Sequence record: NZ_CP110904.1
Reading direction: 5' to 3' (one strand)
DNA length: 64,000 bases
From: a plasmid
In this document: piece by piece, positions 37,648 through 49,270 of the stretch
Layout of the letters: the number at the start of each line of letters is the position of its first letter
Numbering within the stretch: position 1 is the stretch's first letter
Notes under the pieces: model-generated
What the model saw: only the letters and a program-made list of their open reading frames with translations
What the model was told of the DNA's origin: nothing
Database searches by the model: none
Position numbers and translations under genes: made by a program

Positions 37648-38352
37648 ATGACAATGGAAAACACAGTAATACCGACGGTAACAGAAAACGAGATGGAAGA
37701 GGTGATCACCCGTCACACGGCATACGGGCAGGTATCGGTAAGCCGCACGACAACGACGGGGCAGCGCTTGTATGCCTCCGACCTCATTCATAAAGAGGTG
37801 ATTACGCTGACCTTCAGTGAATCAGAGCAGGTTGAGCGCGATGGAGTGATCCGTCATCGGCTGGCGGAAGGCAGACGCCGTTCCCCACTTCTGAAAGTCA
37901 GTCTGTCTCCGGCTCAGTGGGCCTCAATGATCACATCGTTCGGAATGAGTGACGGCGTGCCGTGTACCATTAACAGTTTGATTCGCGGCGACTATGAGCG
38001 CCAGCCGGAGATTGGCTATATTGAGTCGACACGCGAACGTTATGAGCGTCAGATCCGGGAAGCCTCTGAGCGCGAGATGGCGAAAGTGAATGAAAAGCTG
38101 AAAGCACTGGCTTTGCTGGTGGCAAAAGGCAAGGCAGGAAAGCGCGAGCTTGAAGAAGTATATCAGTCTCTGTCCGGCGCAATCGCCAACCTGCCGGTTA
38201 ATCTGGCCTTCAGCACCCAGTTGATGCAGGAATCCATGGACAAAATAGTCTCACACGGCAAGGCCGAACTCGAAGCCTCCGCCATGGGCGTGGCCGCTCG
38301 TCTCGGTATGAAAGAAATTAGCCGCTTGGCCTCGTTGGAAGACAAGAAGTAA
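37648..38352 (+). CDS. hypothetical protein (234 aa), coiled-coil C-terminal half
   Basis: ORF. Confidence 0.5.
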   Translation: MTMENTVIPTVTENEMEEVITRHTAYGQVSVSRTTTTGQRLYASDLIHKEVITLTFSESEQVERDGVIRHRLAEGRRRSPLLKVSLSPAQWASMITSFGMSDGVPCTINSLIRGDYERQPEIGYIESTRERYERQIREASEREMAKVNEKLKALALLVAKGKAGKRELEEVYQSLSGAIANLPVNLAFSTQLMQESMDKIVSHGKAELEASAMGVAARLGMKEISRLASLEDKK

Positions 38353-38361
38353 CCGGTACGA

Positions 38362-38784
38362 TCACCCATAAGCATACCTGCTGCACACATAAGCGGCACA
38401 AAGCTCAGTGGCCAATTCATAGCGTGTTGACATAAACCGTACACACAAATGTGCTTCGTCGTGGCGGGTGCCTGATATGCGGTTCCCGACGCGGCCCCCT
38501 TCTCTCTTTAGCGGTCCACAGGACTCCAGGTAATGCCGGTGGGCTGTATCCAGGACGTTTTCCAGTAGCCGACAGTGGTCGGCGTCATACCCCTTAAGAA
38601 GGTGTTCCAGTTCTGCCATGGCGAGTGCGGGTGGTAACCAGGTGACGCCAAGACGCAAAAATTGGAGCTGCATTTGAATTTGATGGCGATCGGGCGTGAG
38701 ACCCTGCACCCGGGGAGCGCGATAGCAAATTCTCTCCAGTGGAGCGAAATGCGTGATAAACGTTTTCTCAGCAATCTCTGACAT
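38362..38784 (-). CDS. hypothetical protein (140 aa)
   Basis: ORF. Confidence 0.4.
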   Translation of the reverse strand: MSEIAEKTFITHFAPLERICYRAPRVQGLTPDRHQIQMQLQFLRLGVTWLPPALAMAELEHLLKGYDADHCRLLENVLDTAHRHYLESCGPLKREGGRVGNRISGTRHDEAHLCVRFMSTRYELATELCAAYVCSRYAYG

Positions 38785-38871
38785 TCGACTAAATCAGCCT
38801 GTTCCGTTTCTTTCTGGCTACGTTAAGACACCATGAAAAGGCCCCGTATGACGGGGCCGGTTCTGTGGTGT

Positions 38872-39737
38872 TTATTGGATTTGCGGCAGCTCGATCATGA
38901 AGCTGGATTCGCCAACTTTGCCACTGGTGGCCGGGAAGATCGGGATCAGGATGCCATCCCCTTGACCGAAGTCTATTGTGATGTCTTTCGAATCTCCGGG
39001 AATGACAGTCGCCCCATTCATACTGACCGCAAAGGCCGCATCTTTACGGACCGTCAGCGTGCCGGTCTGCACTCCTGTGATCAGCGAACCATCTTTCTTC
39101 CGGATGCTGTTGGTCCGCAGATACGCCAGTGGCTGGTTATCTGATGTCTTCAGCCCCATGCCCACAGCCAGCGTCTTAATGGTATTAAATTCAATCAGGT
39201 TGTTCGGTACGTAGCGGAACCGGCTGCTCTTTGTGGTGCTGTTTCCGGCTTCATCCATTGCTATGGCAGTCAGCACGTAGGAATCTGCATCATCTGTTGC
39301 GGGGAAGATACGCGGGTATCAATGCTGAAGGAGTAGCTGGTTGTGGCCACGACATTCGACTTATTGTCGAGGGTTTCGGATTTAAGGGCAAAAGTCCCCT
39401 CGCCCAGTACCGGCAGTGCCATGGATTTGCCGTAGTACTCACTACCATCAGCGGCAGTGATCCTGTCGGCCACTGTCACCAGGCCGGTGACACTCTGGAA
39501 CATCTGCACATTATCTGATGATCGTGTCACGGTAACGCGCTCGTAGCGGTCGAGACCAGATATCAAGTTCAGCGTAATTGCGCTACCTGGGTTGAGATAC
39601 GCTCTGGAGGGTTCAGCATTCACTTTCGTACCACGTGTGTCGGTGTACGAATAGTTGTACAGCTGAGCCTGACCGCAAAATGGGAACAGCAGTGCCGCAT
39701 AGACGGCGGCGATCAACGGACCTCTGTAAAATTTCAT
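38872..39737 (-). pseudogene. internally deleted, frameshifted member of the ~800-aa secreted Ig-like family
   Basis: Signal peptide plus N-terminal domain (155 aa) joined by a frameshift at about 39270-39276 directly to the conserved C-terminal domain (VPNNLIEFNTIKTLAV...FMIELPQIQ). The ~500-aa core is missing. Confidence 0.7.
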
Positions 39738-39961
39738 TTATGTTCTCCTGGTTGGCCAGGAAATTTTACCCGAAACGTTTTCATCACCCGGGTGATAAGA
39801 GGTGTAATTATTCAGTAAAACAACGCCCGTTTGTGCGCCTTTTGCCAGGCCAGCGAAAGTGACAATATCCGCTGATTAACGGCCCAGAAATACTCTGCTT
39901 AACGAAAAAGTGCCGGAGGTGAATCGTTTAAAATAACGACAAAACAATAGGGGAATACTGA

Positions 39962-42382
39962 ATGAAATATCAGACTATAACTTTGGCTATGGTTTTGCTC
40001 GGCGTCTCAGTTCCGGTAACAGCTCAGATTTATGAATCCAGCTTTACAGATACCAATGGCATTGAAGTACACGCGCCTTCAACCCGGATGCTACTCAATC
40101 CGGCTTCTACCGTAACGCTGACGCTTATTTCTGGATTGGATCGCTTTGTAAACGTTAAAGTGACCCGGGAAACCGGGGCGCAGTTGTACAATACCACCAC
40201 TACCCGTACCGGTGTGGCTGATCGGCTAAAAGCAGCCGACAGCAGTGAATTTTACGGGAAGAAAGTAACTTTACCCGCTCTCGGGGAAGGAAAACTGATC
40301 GTCCAGGTCAACATTTTGGATCTGAATCAGTCAGTGGTAGCTACGTATAACTACAACTGGACAATAGACACCACACCTCCGGCTGCAAATGCCCTTACAG
40401 CAACCACATCACTGGGCACTGGAACTGGAGCGGTATTTAAATTAGGTCTTGAAGCTGTGGCGCAATACAGCTTTTTATCAACGGGCATCGCTGATGCGGT
40501 TGGAATAGATAAAGGCATATTTGAAATCTATCGCGCTAATGGAACCCTTTTCAGCTCAACGCCAATGAAATACAACGTCGGTGACAAGACGATGTACCTG
40601 CCCTACACCTTCGCAAGTGTGAAGCAACCGGGCATCCCTGATAGCAACCTTGACGAAGAATTTCAGGCAAAAGCCAAAATTTACGACACCGCCGGGAATA
40701 TCCGCACGTTACCGACCCAAAAATTTCGGTTTGATAATACAATTGGTGAGATATCCCTTTTCGCTGTTCATGATCCAAATGATGCAACCAGCGTCGTTCC
40801 CGGCGTGAAAAACTACCCGGCCTATAAAGCCGGTATGGTGGTTAACGAAAACCCTATCAGGCTGGTGTATAAAATCCCGAGATCTAACTACCGGGCATAT
40901 GCAGAGGGTGGACTGGAATTTATTAACCTTTATTCGGCTGCAAAAGAAATCGCTTCTGATGCCACCTACAGCTATGTCGAAATGACGCTGCCATTTGGTG
41001 CCTTCAATGGGGATATGGCTCGTATGGCCAACTTTGGACAGTGGGCAGGATACTTCCCGACCTACACGATGACGCTCAACCCGAACGCAAACAAGACGCC
41101 TGCTTTTACTGGCACCTGGGAGGATTTTCAGGATAGCAATGGCACCTGGTATAAGTCGAAGGACTTCGAGACAGTTCTGTCTTCCAGATTGCCGATTAAA
41201 ATCGTCCGGGCAAGATTTAATGTAGAAGCCAGACCGTTTGAGCAGGAAGTTGGGGGACGCCTAACCTGCCGCATTCCGGTTGGCCAGACAAGTTGCGAAG
41301 CTCCTGAGAATTTTGATATGGCGGTAGGGACTCAGGGTTATAACCGTACACTTTATTATGTACGCAGTGTCGCGAACCCTATTCTTCGTTCCGAGCAGTG
41401 GGTTATGACACGCTGGAACAATCAAATCGTCCCAGAAATTGGTGAGATCACCTACAGCCCGACATCTAAGATACTGACTGTTGAAGCTCATCTCAACAGA
41501 GATAATGATTGGTTCGACGGATTCAGACTCCTCGGATTCTATCTTACCGATAAGAACTCCAAACAGCGCATGACGCCTGTGGGAGTCGAAAAGTCCAGAA
41601 ACGCGGGTAACTACACGATTGAGTATGACCTTTCCCGGCAGTCTGAAGGGCAATACAACGTTGAAGTGAATATTCAGGATCGTTTCGGTAACCAGACAAA
41701 CAAAACCTATGGCGTGATAGCTCTCGATGCCACACCCCCAACGGTTGCTATTACCTTCGAAGGGAAGCCGGTAAAGGATGACACCGTCGTCTATGGTCTG
41801 GAAAATCTGCGCATTGCACTGAGCGATAACCTGACCACACCTCGCATTACTCGTCTCCAGCTAACTGGCGGACCGACATCAGACAATGTTGAACTCAGTT
41901 GGTCACCTGCTGGTAAAGACATATACTCGCCGGAATATCCGCGCATATTCCCGAATTTCGAGCCCTCTGAAAACTATGCTCTCAGTGTGACAGTGTCGGA
42001 CAGCCAGTCCAACACAAAAACTTACACACAGAAGTTCAGTTATCTCCCGAACAACTTGGTACAGCTGCATAACCTTCGAACCCTTGCAGTAAAGTCGGCG
42101 CTCAAAACCTCTGATAACGTGCCACTTGCCTATCTGTCTACAAACATGCTCCGCAAGACTAACGGTGAAATAGCCAAAGGCTTACAGAACGCGACCCTCT
42201 CAGTACGTAAGGATGCCAACTTCGGGATAGTGTTTAATGGAGCGGAGGCAGCTCCTGGGGAGTCTGTAAATGTTAATATCGACATGGGTATGGGTGATAA
42301 TCTTCTCATGCCGGTTTATCCATCAGAGAACGGCAAGACCGGAGCCGCTGAGTTTATGATCCAAATTGATGAGCTGAAGTAA
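39962..42382 (+). CDS. secreted Ig-like repeat protein, family member 1 (806 aa)
   Basis: Sec signal peptide (cleavage at about VTAQ-I), conserved N-terminal domain (ISGLDR motif), divergent beta-rich core, conserved C-terminal domain YLPNNLVQLHNLRTLAV...DELK. RBS AGGGGA. Confidence 0.7.
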   Translation: MKYQTITLAMVLLGVSVPVTAQIYESSFTDTNGIEVHAPSTRMLLNPASTVTLTLISGLDRFVNVKVTRETGAQLYNTTTTRTGVADRLKAADSSEFYGKKVTLPALGEGKLIVQVNILDLNQSVVATYNYNWTIDTTPPAANALTATTSLGTGTGAVFKLGLEAVAQYSFLSTGIADAVGIDKGIFEIYRANGTLFSSTPMKYNVGDKTMYLPYTFASVKQPGIPDSNLDEEFQAKAKIYDTAGNIRTLPTQKFRFDNTIGEISLFAVHDPNDATSVVPGVKNYPAYKAGMVVNENPIRLVYKIPRSNYRAYAEGGLEFINLYSAAKEIASDATYSYVEMTLPFGAFNGDMARMANFGQWAGYFPTYTMTLNPNANKTPAFTGTWEDFQDSNGTWYKSKDFETVLSSRLPIKIVRARFNVEARPFEQEVGGRLTCRIPVGQTSCEAPENFDMAVGTQGYNRTLYYVRSVANPILRSEQWVMTRWNNQIVPEIGEITYSPTSKILTVEAHLNRDNDWFDGFRLLGFYLTDKNSKQRMTPVGVEKSRNAGNYTIEYDLSRQSEGQYNVEVNIQDRFGNQTNKTYGVIALDATPPTVAITFEGKPVKDDTVVYGLENLRIALSDNLTTPRITRLQLTGGPTSDNVELSWSPAGKDIYSPEYPRIFPNFEPSENYALSVTVSDSQSNTKTYTQKFSYLPNNLVQLHNLRTLAVKSALKTSDNVPLAYLSTNMLRKTNGEIAKGLQNATLSVRKDANFGIVFNGAEAAPGESVNVNIDMGMGDNLLMPVYPSENGKTGAAEFMIQIDELK
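40262..40272. repeat. AAAGTAACTTT palindromic repeat, copy j (inside a gene)
   Basis: Exact palindrome. Confidence 0.45.
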
Positions 42383-42485
42383 CCATAAAAAGCCGTCAGT
42401 CACTCTGGCGGCTTTTTTTCGTGACGCCATTTCCTGCATTTTCTCCGCTCTCTCTCCTCATAACTCTGTAGCCGCTTGCGTCAAA

Positions 42486-42496
42486 AAAGTAACTTT
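42486..42496. repeat. AAAGTAACTTT palindromic repeat, copy k
   Basis: 200 bp upstream of the origin iterons. Confidence 0.6.
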
Positions 42497-42701
42497 TTCT
42501 ACAAGGGAAGAAGTGTGCTAGTGCGGTTCTTAGAACGGATCGGAATTTACTCACATTTCGATCGTAATGCTTCATGACGTCTCTGTGCATAGTTATCAAC
42601 AGGATAGAATAATAATAAAGATCAATATAGGATCAATAGCAGATCAAAAAGGAATAACGATCCTCGCAGGCCAGTAATATCGGGGCTCTCAGCGGATCGC
42701 C

Positions 42702-42806
42702 ATCCACTGTACAGGGGGCGAAATACACTATGTCGGGTAATCCATCCACTATACAGGGTGCATAATCCACTATACCGGGTGGATTCGATACACTATACCG
42801 GGTAGG
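42702..42806 (+). repeat. RepFIB origin iterons (5 copies of ATCCACTATACMGGGTG-like, about 21-bp spacing)
   Basis: Directly upstream of repA. DnaA-box-like TTATGCACA at 42816-42824. Confidence 0.85.
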
Positions 42807-42840
42807 ATGTAGATCTTATGCACAAAACGGATCTTTCTAT

Positions 42841-43722
42841 ATGTCTAGTAATAACAACAAGTTATCTCTTGTCATTGAAGAGTCCCTAAAAGATTCCGGG
42901 GAAGTTATCCAACTGCTTCCCACGCTAAGACAGACCATTCAGCCGAAAGTTTTACTCCGTCTGGGTGTGTTTGTGCCAACACTGAAATCCACGGATAAGG
43001 GTGGCCGGAAGAGTCACCGTATCGATGCCACTGAACCCCTTTCGAGATTATCCATTGTGGAGGGTGAAGGCTACAGCCAGATACAAATTTATGGTCCCCG
43101 CCTCGACATGGACTCTGACTTCAAATCATGGTGTGGGATCGTTTATGCATTGTCTAACCGTCCGCTCGACTCGGAAGGTCAGCTGGAGCTGAATTTCCCG
43201 GAGTTTGCTAAGTTCTGCGGTTTTGACACCAAGCGCATTGATAAACAACTGAAAGAGCGTTTTGATGCTTCATTGACGCGTATTGCCCGAACCAGTATCT
43301 CGTTCATTAAGAAAATACCCGGTACAGACGATCAGATAACGATAAACATGCACCTCGTGGAATCCACGTACTACGACAGTTCCACCGGGAAAATCGTCAT
43401 CAAGCCAAATTCGAAGCTCAATACGCTGTATCGCGTCGACGGTAAAACCCGACTCTACCTGAAGACGTTGCAGAAACTGGCCCGTAAGGAGTCCGCACAG
43501 GCCCTGTATCTGTATCTGGCTGAGTTACCGAGCACCTTTTACCGTATCGGATTTGACCGGCTGCGTGAACGCCTGCAACTGTCCTCACATCTTGGCAACC
43601 AGAATGCCACAGTTAAAAAGGCGCTGGGCCAGCTTAAAGAGATCGGTTTTCTGGAATACTCCATAGACAAAGAAAACGGCGATTATGTACTGAATATTCT
43701 GAAAAGAAACATGAAGCCATGA
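42841..43722 (+). CDS. repA: RepFIB / P1-RepA-family iteron-binding replication initiator
   Basis: 293 aa. Motifs LLRLGVFVP, IDAT, GPRLDMDSDFKSWCGIVYA, FPEFAKFCGF, LRERLQL and IGFLEYS are collinear with P1 RepA as recalled. Confidence 0.9.
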   Translation: MSSNNNKLSLVIEESLKDSGEVIQLLPTLRQTIQPKVLLRLGVFVPTLKSTDKGGRKSHRIDATEPLSRLSIVEGEGYSQIQIYGPRLDMDSDFKSWCGIVYALSNRPLDSEGQLELNFPEFAKFCGFDTKRIDKQLKERFDASLTRIARTSISFIKKIPGTDDQITINMHLVESTYYDSSTGKIVIKPNSKLNTLYRVDGKTRLYLKTLQKLARKESAQALYLYLAELPSTFYRIGFDRLRERLQLSSHLGNQNATVKKALGQLKEIGFLEYSIDKENGDYVLNILKRNMKP

Positions 43723-43766
43723 TAGATGCCGGATAATGCAGCTGCCTGCCGCGTGGGTGGCTGCAT

Positions 43767-44243
43767 TACCCGGAATAGTGGATATTCTTCTCCTTTCCGC
43801 TCTGTTTTTACCCGGTACAGTGGATCTCCACTACACCGGGTAATGTCAGCCCTAAAACTCCGATGCAGCCCTTTCTCTTCAGCCTTACCCTGACGATTCT
43901 GTGTGTTTTTCAACCAAAATGTGAACTATACCCGGTACAGTGGAGCCACGAAAATGTGATCCATACCCGGTATAGTGGATAAGGCCCCTTGCGAACCAGG
44001 CACCGGAAATGTGGCGGCACTGGTTGGCAAGTTTTACCCGGTATAGTGGAGCCCGTTACTGCCTCCGCCCCGGATGGCGTGATGTCACGGGAAGGAAGAT
44101 ATACCCGATAAAGTGGTTCGTGAAGGGTGAACGGCCCTGATAGCACGATGAGGCTGAAATGGAAACTGTACCCGGTATAGTGGAGCCACTAAGATTGCGT
44201 ACCCGGTGGCTGAGAGGGGAATCTTTTCCCGCCACAGTGGAGT
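43767..44243 (-). repeat. incA-like copy-control iteron array downstream of repA (about 9 copies of TACCCGGTATAGTGGAG, mostly opposite in orientation to the origin set)
   Basis: Spacing is irregular. Confidence 0.85.
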
Positions 44244-44309
44244 AGCTGATATCGTCGAAAATGTCTTAACCACAATACGGCCATTCTGTTGCTGCACTAA
44301 AGAAATGCA

Positions 44310-44825
44310 TCATCGAGTCTCAGGTGTTTTAAGTTGGTAAACCCCCTTCCACCAGGTGTCGAAAGAGACGCTATCATCGCAGCGCATAAACATGCCGTTA
44401 TGCCTTGCGACAACGCTGAGAGAACCTTTATTTTTACCGCAGGTCTTCTCAAAAGACTCTGTAGCTTTAATAAAAGTTTCACCATCCGTGATGGTCGGGG
44501 AATCCAGTTCCTTCGCCAGCCATGACGGATAGCTGTCAGCATTAACCCATACAAGGCGTTCCACAACTGAAAAGAGTACGCCGACAAGGCCAACCGCCCA
44601 GAGCGTAATAACCAGTAAACGTAAAATTCGCAGGACTATGAATTTTGAATGCTGTAAAGGCGAGACAAGAAATGGCAACGATATCATGACTGTGAGCATG
44701 ACTGATGACGCCAGCAACGTGTATAACAATGCCCATGATTTCACATAGGCCGAAAACGCGATCATCAAGCCAATAAGAACAAAGAGCGGTGCAGCGCTTT
44801 TCAGACTACCCATGTTTATTTTCAT
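44310..44825 (-). CDS. membrane protein (171 aa, about 4 TM)
   Basis: ORF. Confidence 0.5.
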   Translation of the reverse strand: MKINMGSLKSAAPLFVLIGLMIAFSAYVKSWALLYTLLASSVMLTVMISLPFLVSPLQHSKFIVLRILRLLVITLWAVGLVGVLFSVVERLVWVNADSYPSWLAKELDSPTITDGETFIKATESFEKTCGKNKGSLSVVARHNGMFMRCDDSVSFDTWWKGVYQLKTPETR

Positions 44826-45013
44826 TATTTTGATGCTCCATTTTGTACGAGTTTAGAGATACTACGTTTAAAATCATCTACGGCCTCAAAAAAGGTTCGT
44901 GGATGACGTTATTGGTTTTTTATATTGTACCATTGGTGAGCGTTTACCTTTTTACCCTTTAATTAAGGCACCAGGATTCGCCCCTGAAAAAACGAATTCC
45001 ATGAGGTTAATGT

Positions 45014-45178
45014 ATGTCACACAATATTTTTATAGCTGAGTTTGATGATGGACTTCGGATGTACGGTATCAATGACGGTACAGCCTGCCATATGCATGCT
45101 TTTTTGTTTCAGACCCAGGCGCAAGTAGAACACTGGCTGGGAAGCGGTGATCGTGATACCCGCAAGTTACCTGTAATG
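45014..45178 (+). pseudogene. 5-prime part of a roughly 108-aa gene split by IS insertion (the 3-prime part is at 47811-47976)
   Basis: Joining across the 4-bp target-site duplication AATG restores one ORF: ...[25 protein letters not shown]...VYGHST. Confidence 0.7.
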
Positions 45179-45189
45179 TGTAGTGGTCA

Positions 45190-46588
<1,399 letters not shown>

Positions 46589-46806
46589 GACAGAGCTCCT
46601 GTGAGGAAACAGAGTTGAATCTCCAGACAGATAACCCGGACAGGACAGTAACGAGACAAGCCGTCAGGCCCTTCTTGAGTCACGCGCATCGGTGAGGAGA
46701 TGCCTCGCATGAAGGCGCTTCCGGCAACCGACGGGTCCAGGGCAGGACACAAAAGGTCGATCGCTGTGTGAGTCAGGATGCGGGAAGGTCTTCACTGCAT
46801 CAGTAA

Positions 46807-47973
<1,167 letters not shown>

Positions 47974-48028
47974 TGAACTTCACGCCTCCAGTCCTGCTGA
48001 CCGACATAGGCAGGACAGGGGTTTACAG

Positions 48029-48045
48029 TACCCGGTACAGTGTAT
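48029..48045. repeat. isolated RepFIB iteron-like copy (TACCCGGTACAGTGTAT)
   Basis: 4 kb from the main arrays. Confidence 0.5.
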
Positions 48046-48283
48046 CGCCTTGCTGAACCCGTGTTTGCTGCTGCTGGCCCAGCGGACGGATGCTGGGAAA
48101 GTCAAAGATGATCAGTTTTAGATCCGCGTTCGCGGGGATAATTATTCCTACTGGAATGTTAGCTACAGCGTTAGAATCCATTTTGTTGCCTCACCTTACA
48201 AGGGCGATTAACCGTCTTAATGGCAGCATTCGCCCGATCAGGCCGCAGGGGTAACAACTTGTGGTCTTTTTCGTACACAAGGA

Positions 48284-48562
48284 GTGTTTATGCCTTACAT
48301 CCCCGAAACACTGGAAGGAACGTTTTTCCGCAAGACTATTGAAACATCACCGGAAGGTGAAAGCCTGTACTGGTTTCGCCGTGCAGATGGCATAGAATTC
48401 GCCGTCATTGAGTCGGCTCGCTACCCAGGCAATGATGCCGTGGTAATTTGCGGGGACGGGCGCCCAACAGGCAACACGATTTCAGAATCGCTTTTTGTCA
48501 TTACTGATGACATGCGGGCGCTTCCCCGTGGCGTGTATGAACAGGAGGCGCATGATGCCTAA
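48284..48562 (+). CDS. hypothetical protein (92 aa)
   Basis: RBS AAGGAG. Confidence 0.5.
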   Translation: MFMPYIPETLEGTFFRKTIETSPEGESLYWFRRADGIEFAVIESARYPGNDAVVICGDGRPTGNTISESLFVITDDMRALPRGVYEQEAHDA

Positions 48563-48947
48563 CCAGATCCCGAACAACCCTACACTTCCGAAGAATTTCG
48601 ACATTACGCCTAACGAGAAGCGCAGCAAGGCCCAGCTCGATGCCTGGTGGGATCATCCTTACTGCGTCACCCATAACGAGAAATTTCACGTGTACTGTCT
48701 GAACGGCGGGGCGTGGGATAGGCCGACATGGCTGGCTCAGGCTGACACGTATGATGAGGCCTGTGAACTGGCAGAACGGAAACAAGCTGAGTGGGTGGCA
48801 CGCCGGGAACAGCCTATTTACTATATGACCTTTGAGCCGCCTTTTCAGATGGTGCGACAGCCGCAACGCCCTGATCATGATGCTGTAGTAGTTGTGTCGT
48901 TCGAAACGAAGGAAGAACTGGACGCCTGGAGCGCAGCGCAGCAATAA
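48552..48947 (+). CDS. hypothetical protein (131 aa)
   Basis: ATGATG start overlapping the upstream stop. Confidence 0.5.
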   Translation: MMPNQIPNNPTLPKNFDITPNEKRSKAQLDAWWDHPYCVTHNEKFHVYCLNGGAWDRPTWLAQADTYDEACELAERKQAEWVARREQPIYYMTFEPPFQMVRQPQRPDHDAVVVVSFETKEELDAWSAAQQ

Positions 48948-49037
48948 AAAAGCCTCCCGTTTAGGCGCCTCTTAAGGATGGGTTTTCGTGGCTAAAGATG
49001 AAAAGCAACACGCTTCCCGGTTAGGAGAGTTGCCCAA

Positions 49038-49054
49038 ATCCACTATGCCGGGTG
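49038..49054. repeat. isolated RepFIB iteron-like copy (ATCCACTATGCCGGGTG)
   Basis: Origin-type orientation. Confidence 0.5.
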
Positions 49055-49236
49055 AATGATGTGTTGATCCATGCTGACGGGTAGGTGTATGGGCAGATCC
49101 GCAGAGAGCGGCAGGCCAGTTTCATTTGCGGTTTTAGTGATGGGACATCAGGTTATCCACAAAAACGGTGCATAAACCTGTGACCGGAATCTGGATAAGA
49201 TGGGATAATCATCATCGCGGTGCCATTACCTTGAAA

Positions 49237-49260
49237 GGGTGACCCGGTACCGGGTCACCC
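49237..49260 (-). terminator. hairpin GGGTGACCCGGTACCGGGTCACCC after the family member 2 stop
   Basis: Perfect 10-bp stem with a weak U tract. Confidence 0.4.
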
Positions 49261-49270
49261 TGCCTCGCTT

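Noticed and set aside
42702-44243. Possible CRISPR array (many short direct repeats)
   Set aside because: The repeats are 17-19-bp iterons with irregular spacing and mixed orientation. They flank a RepA initiator gene, there are no uniform spacers, and there are no cas genes.
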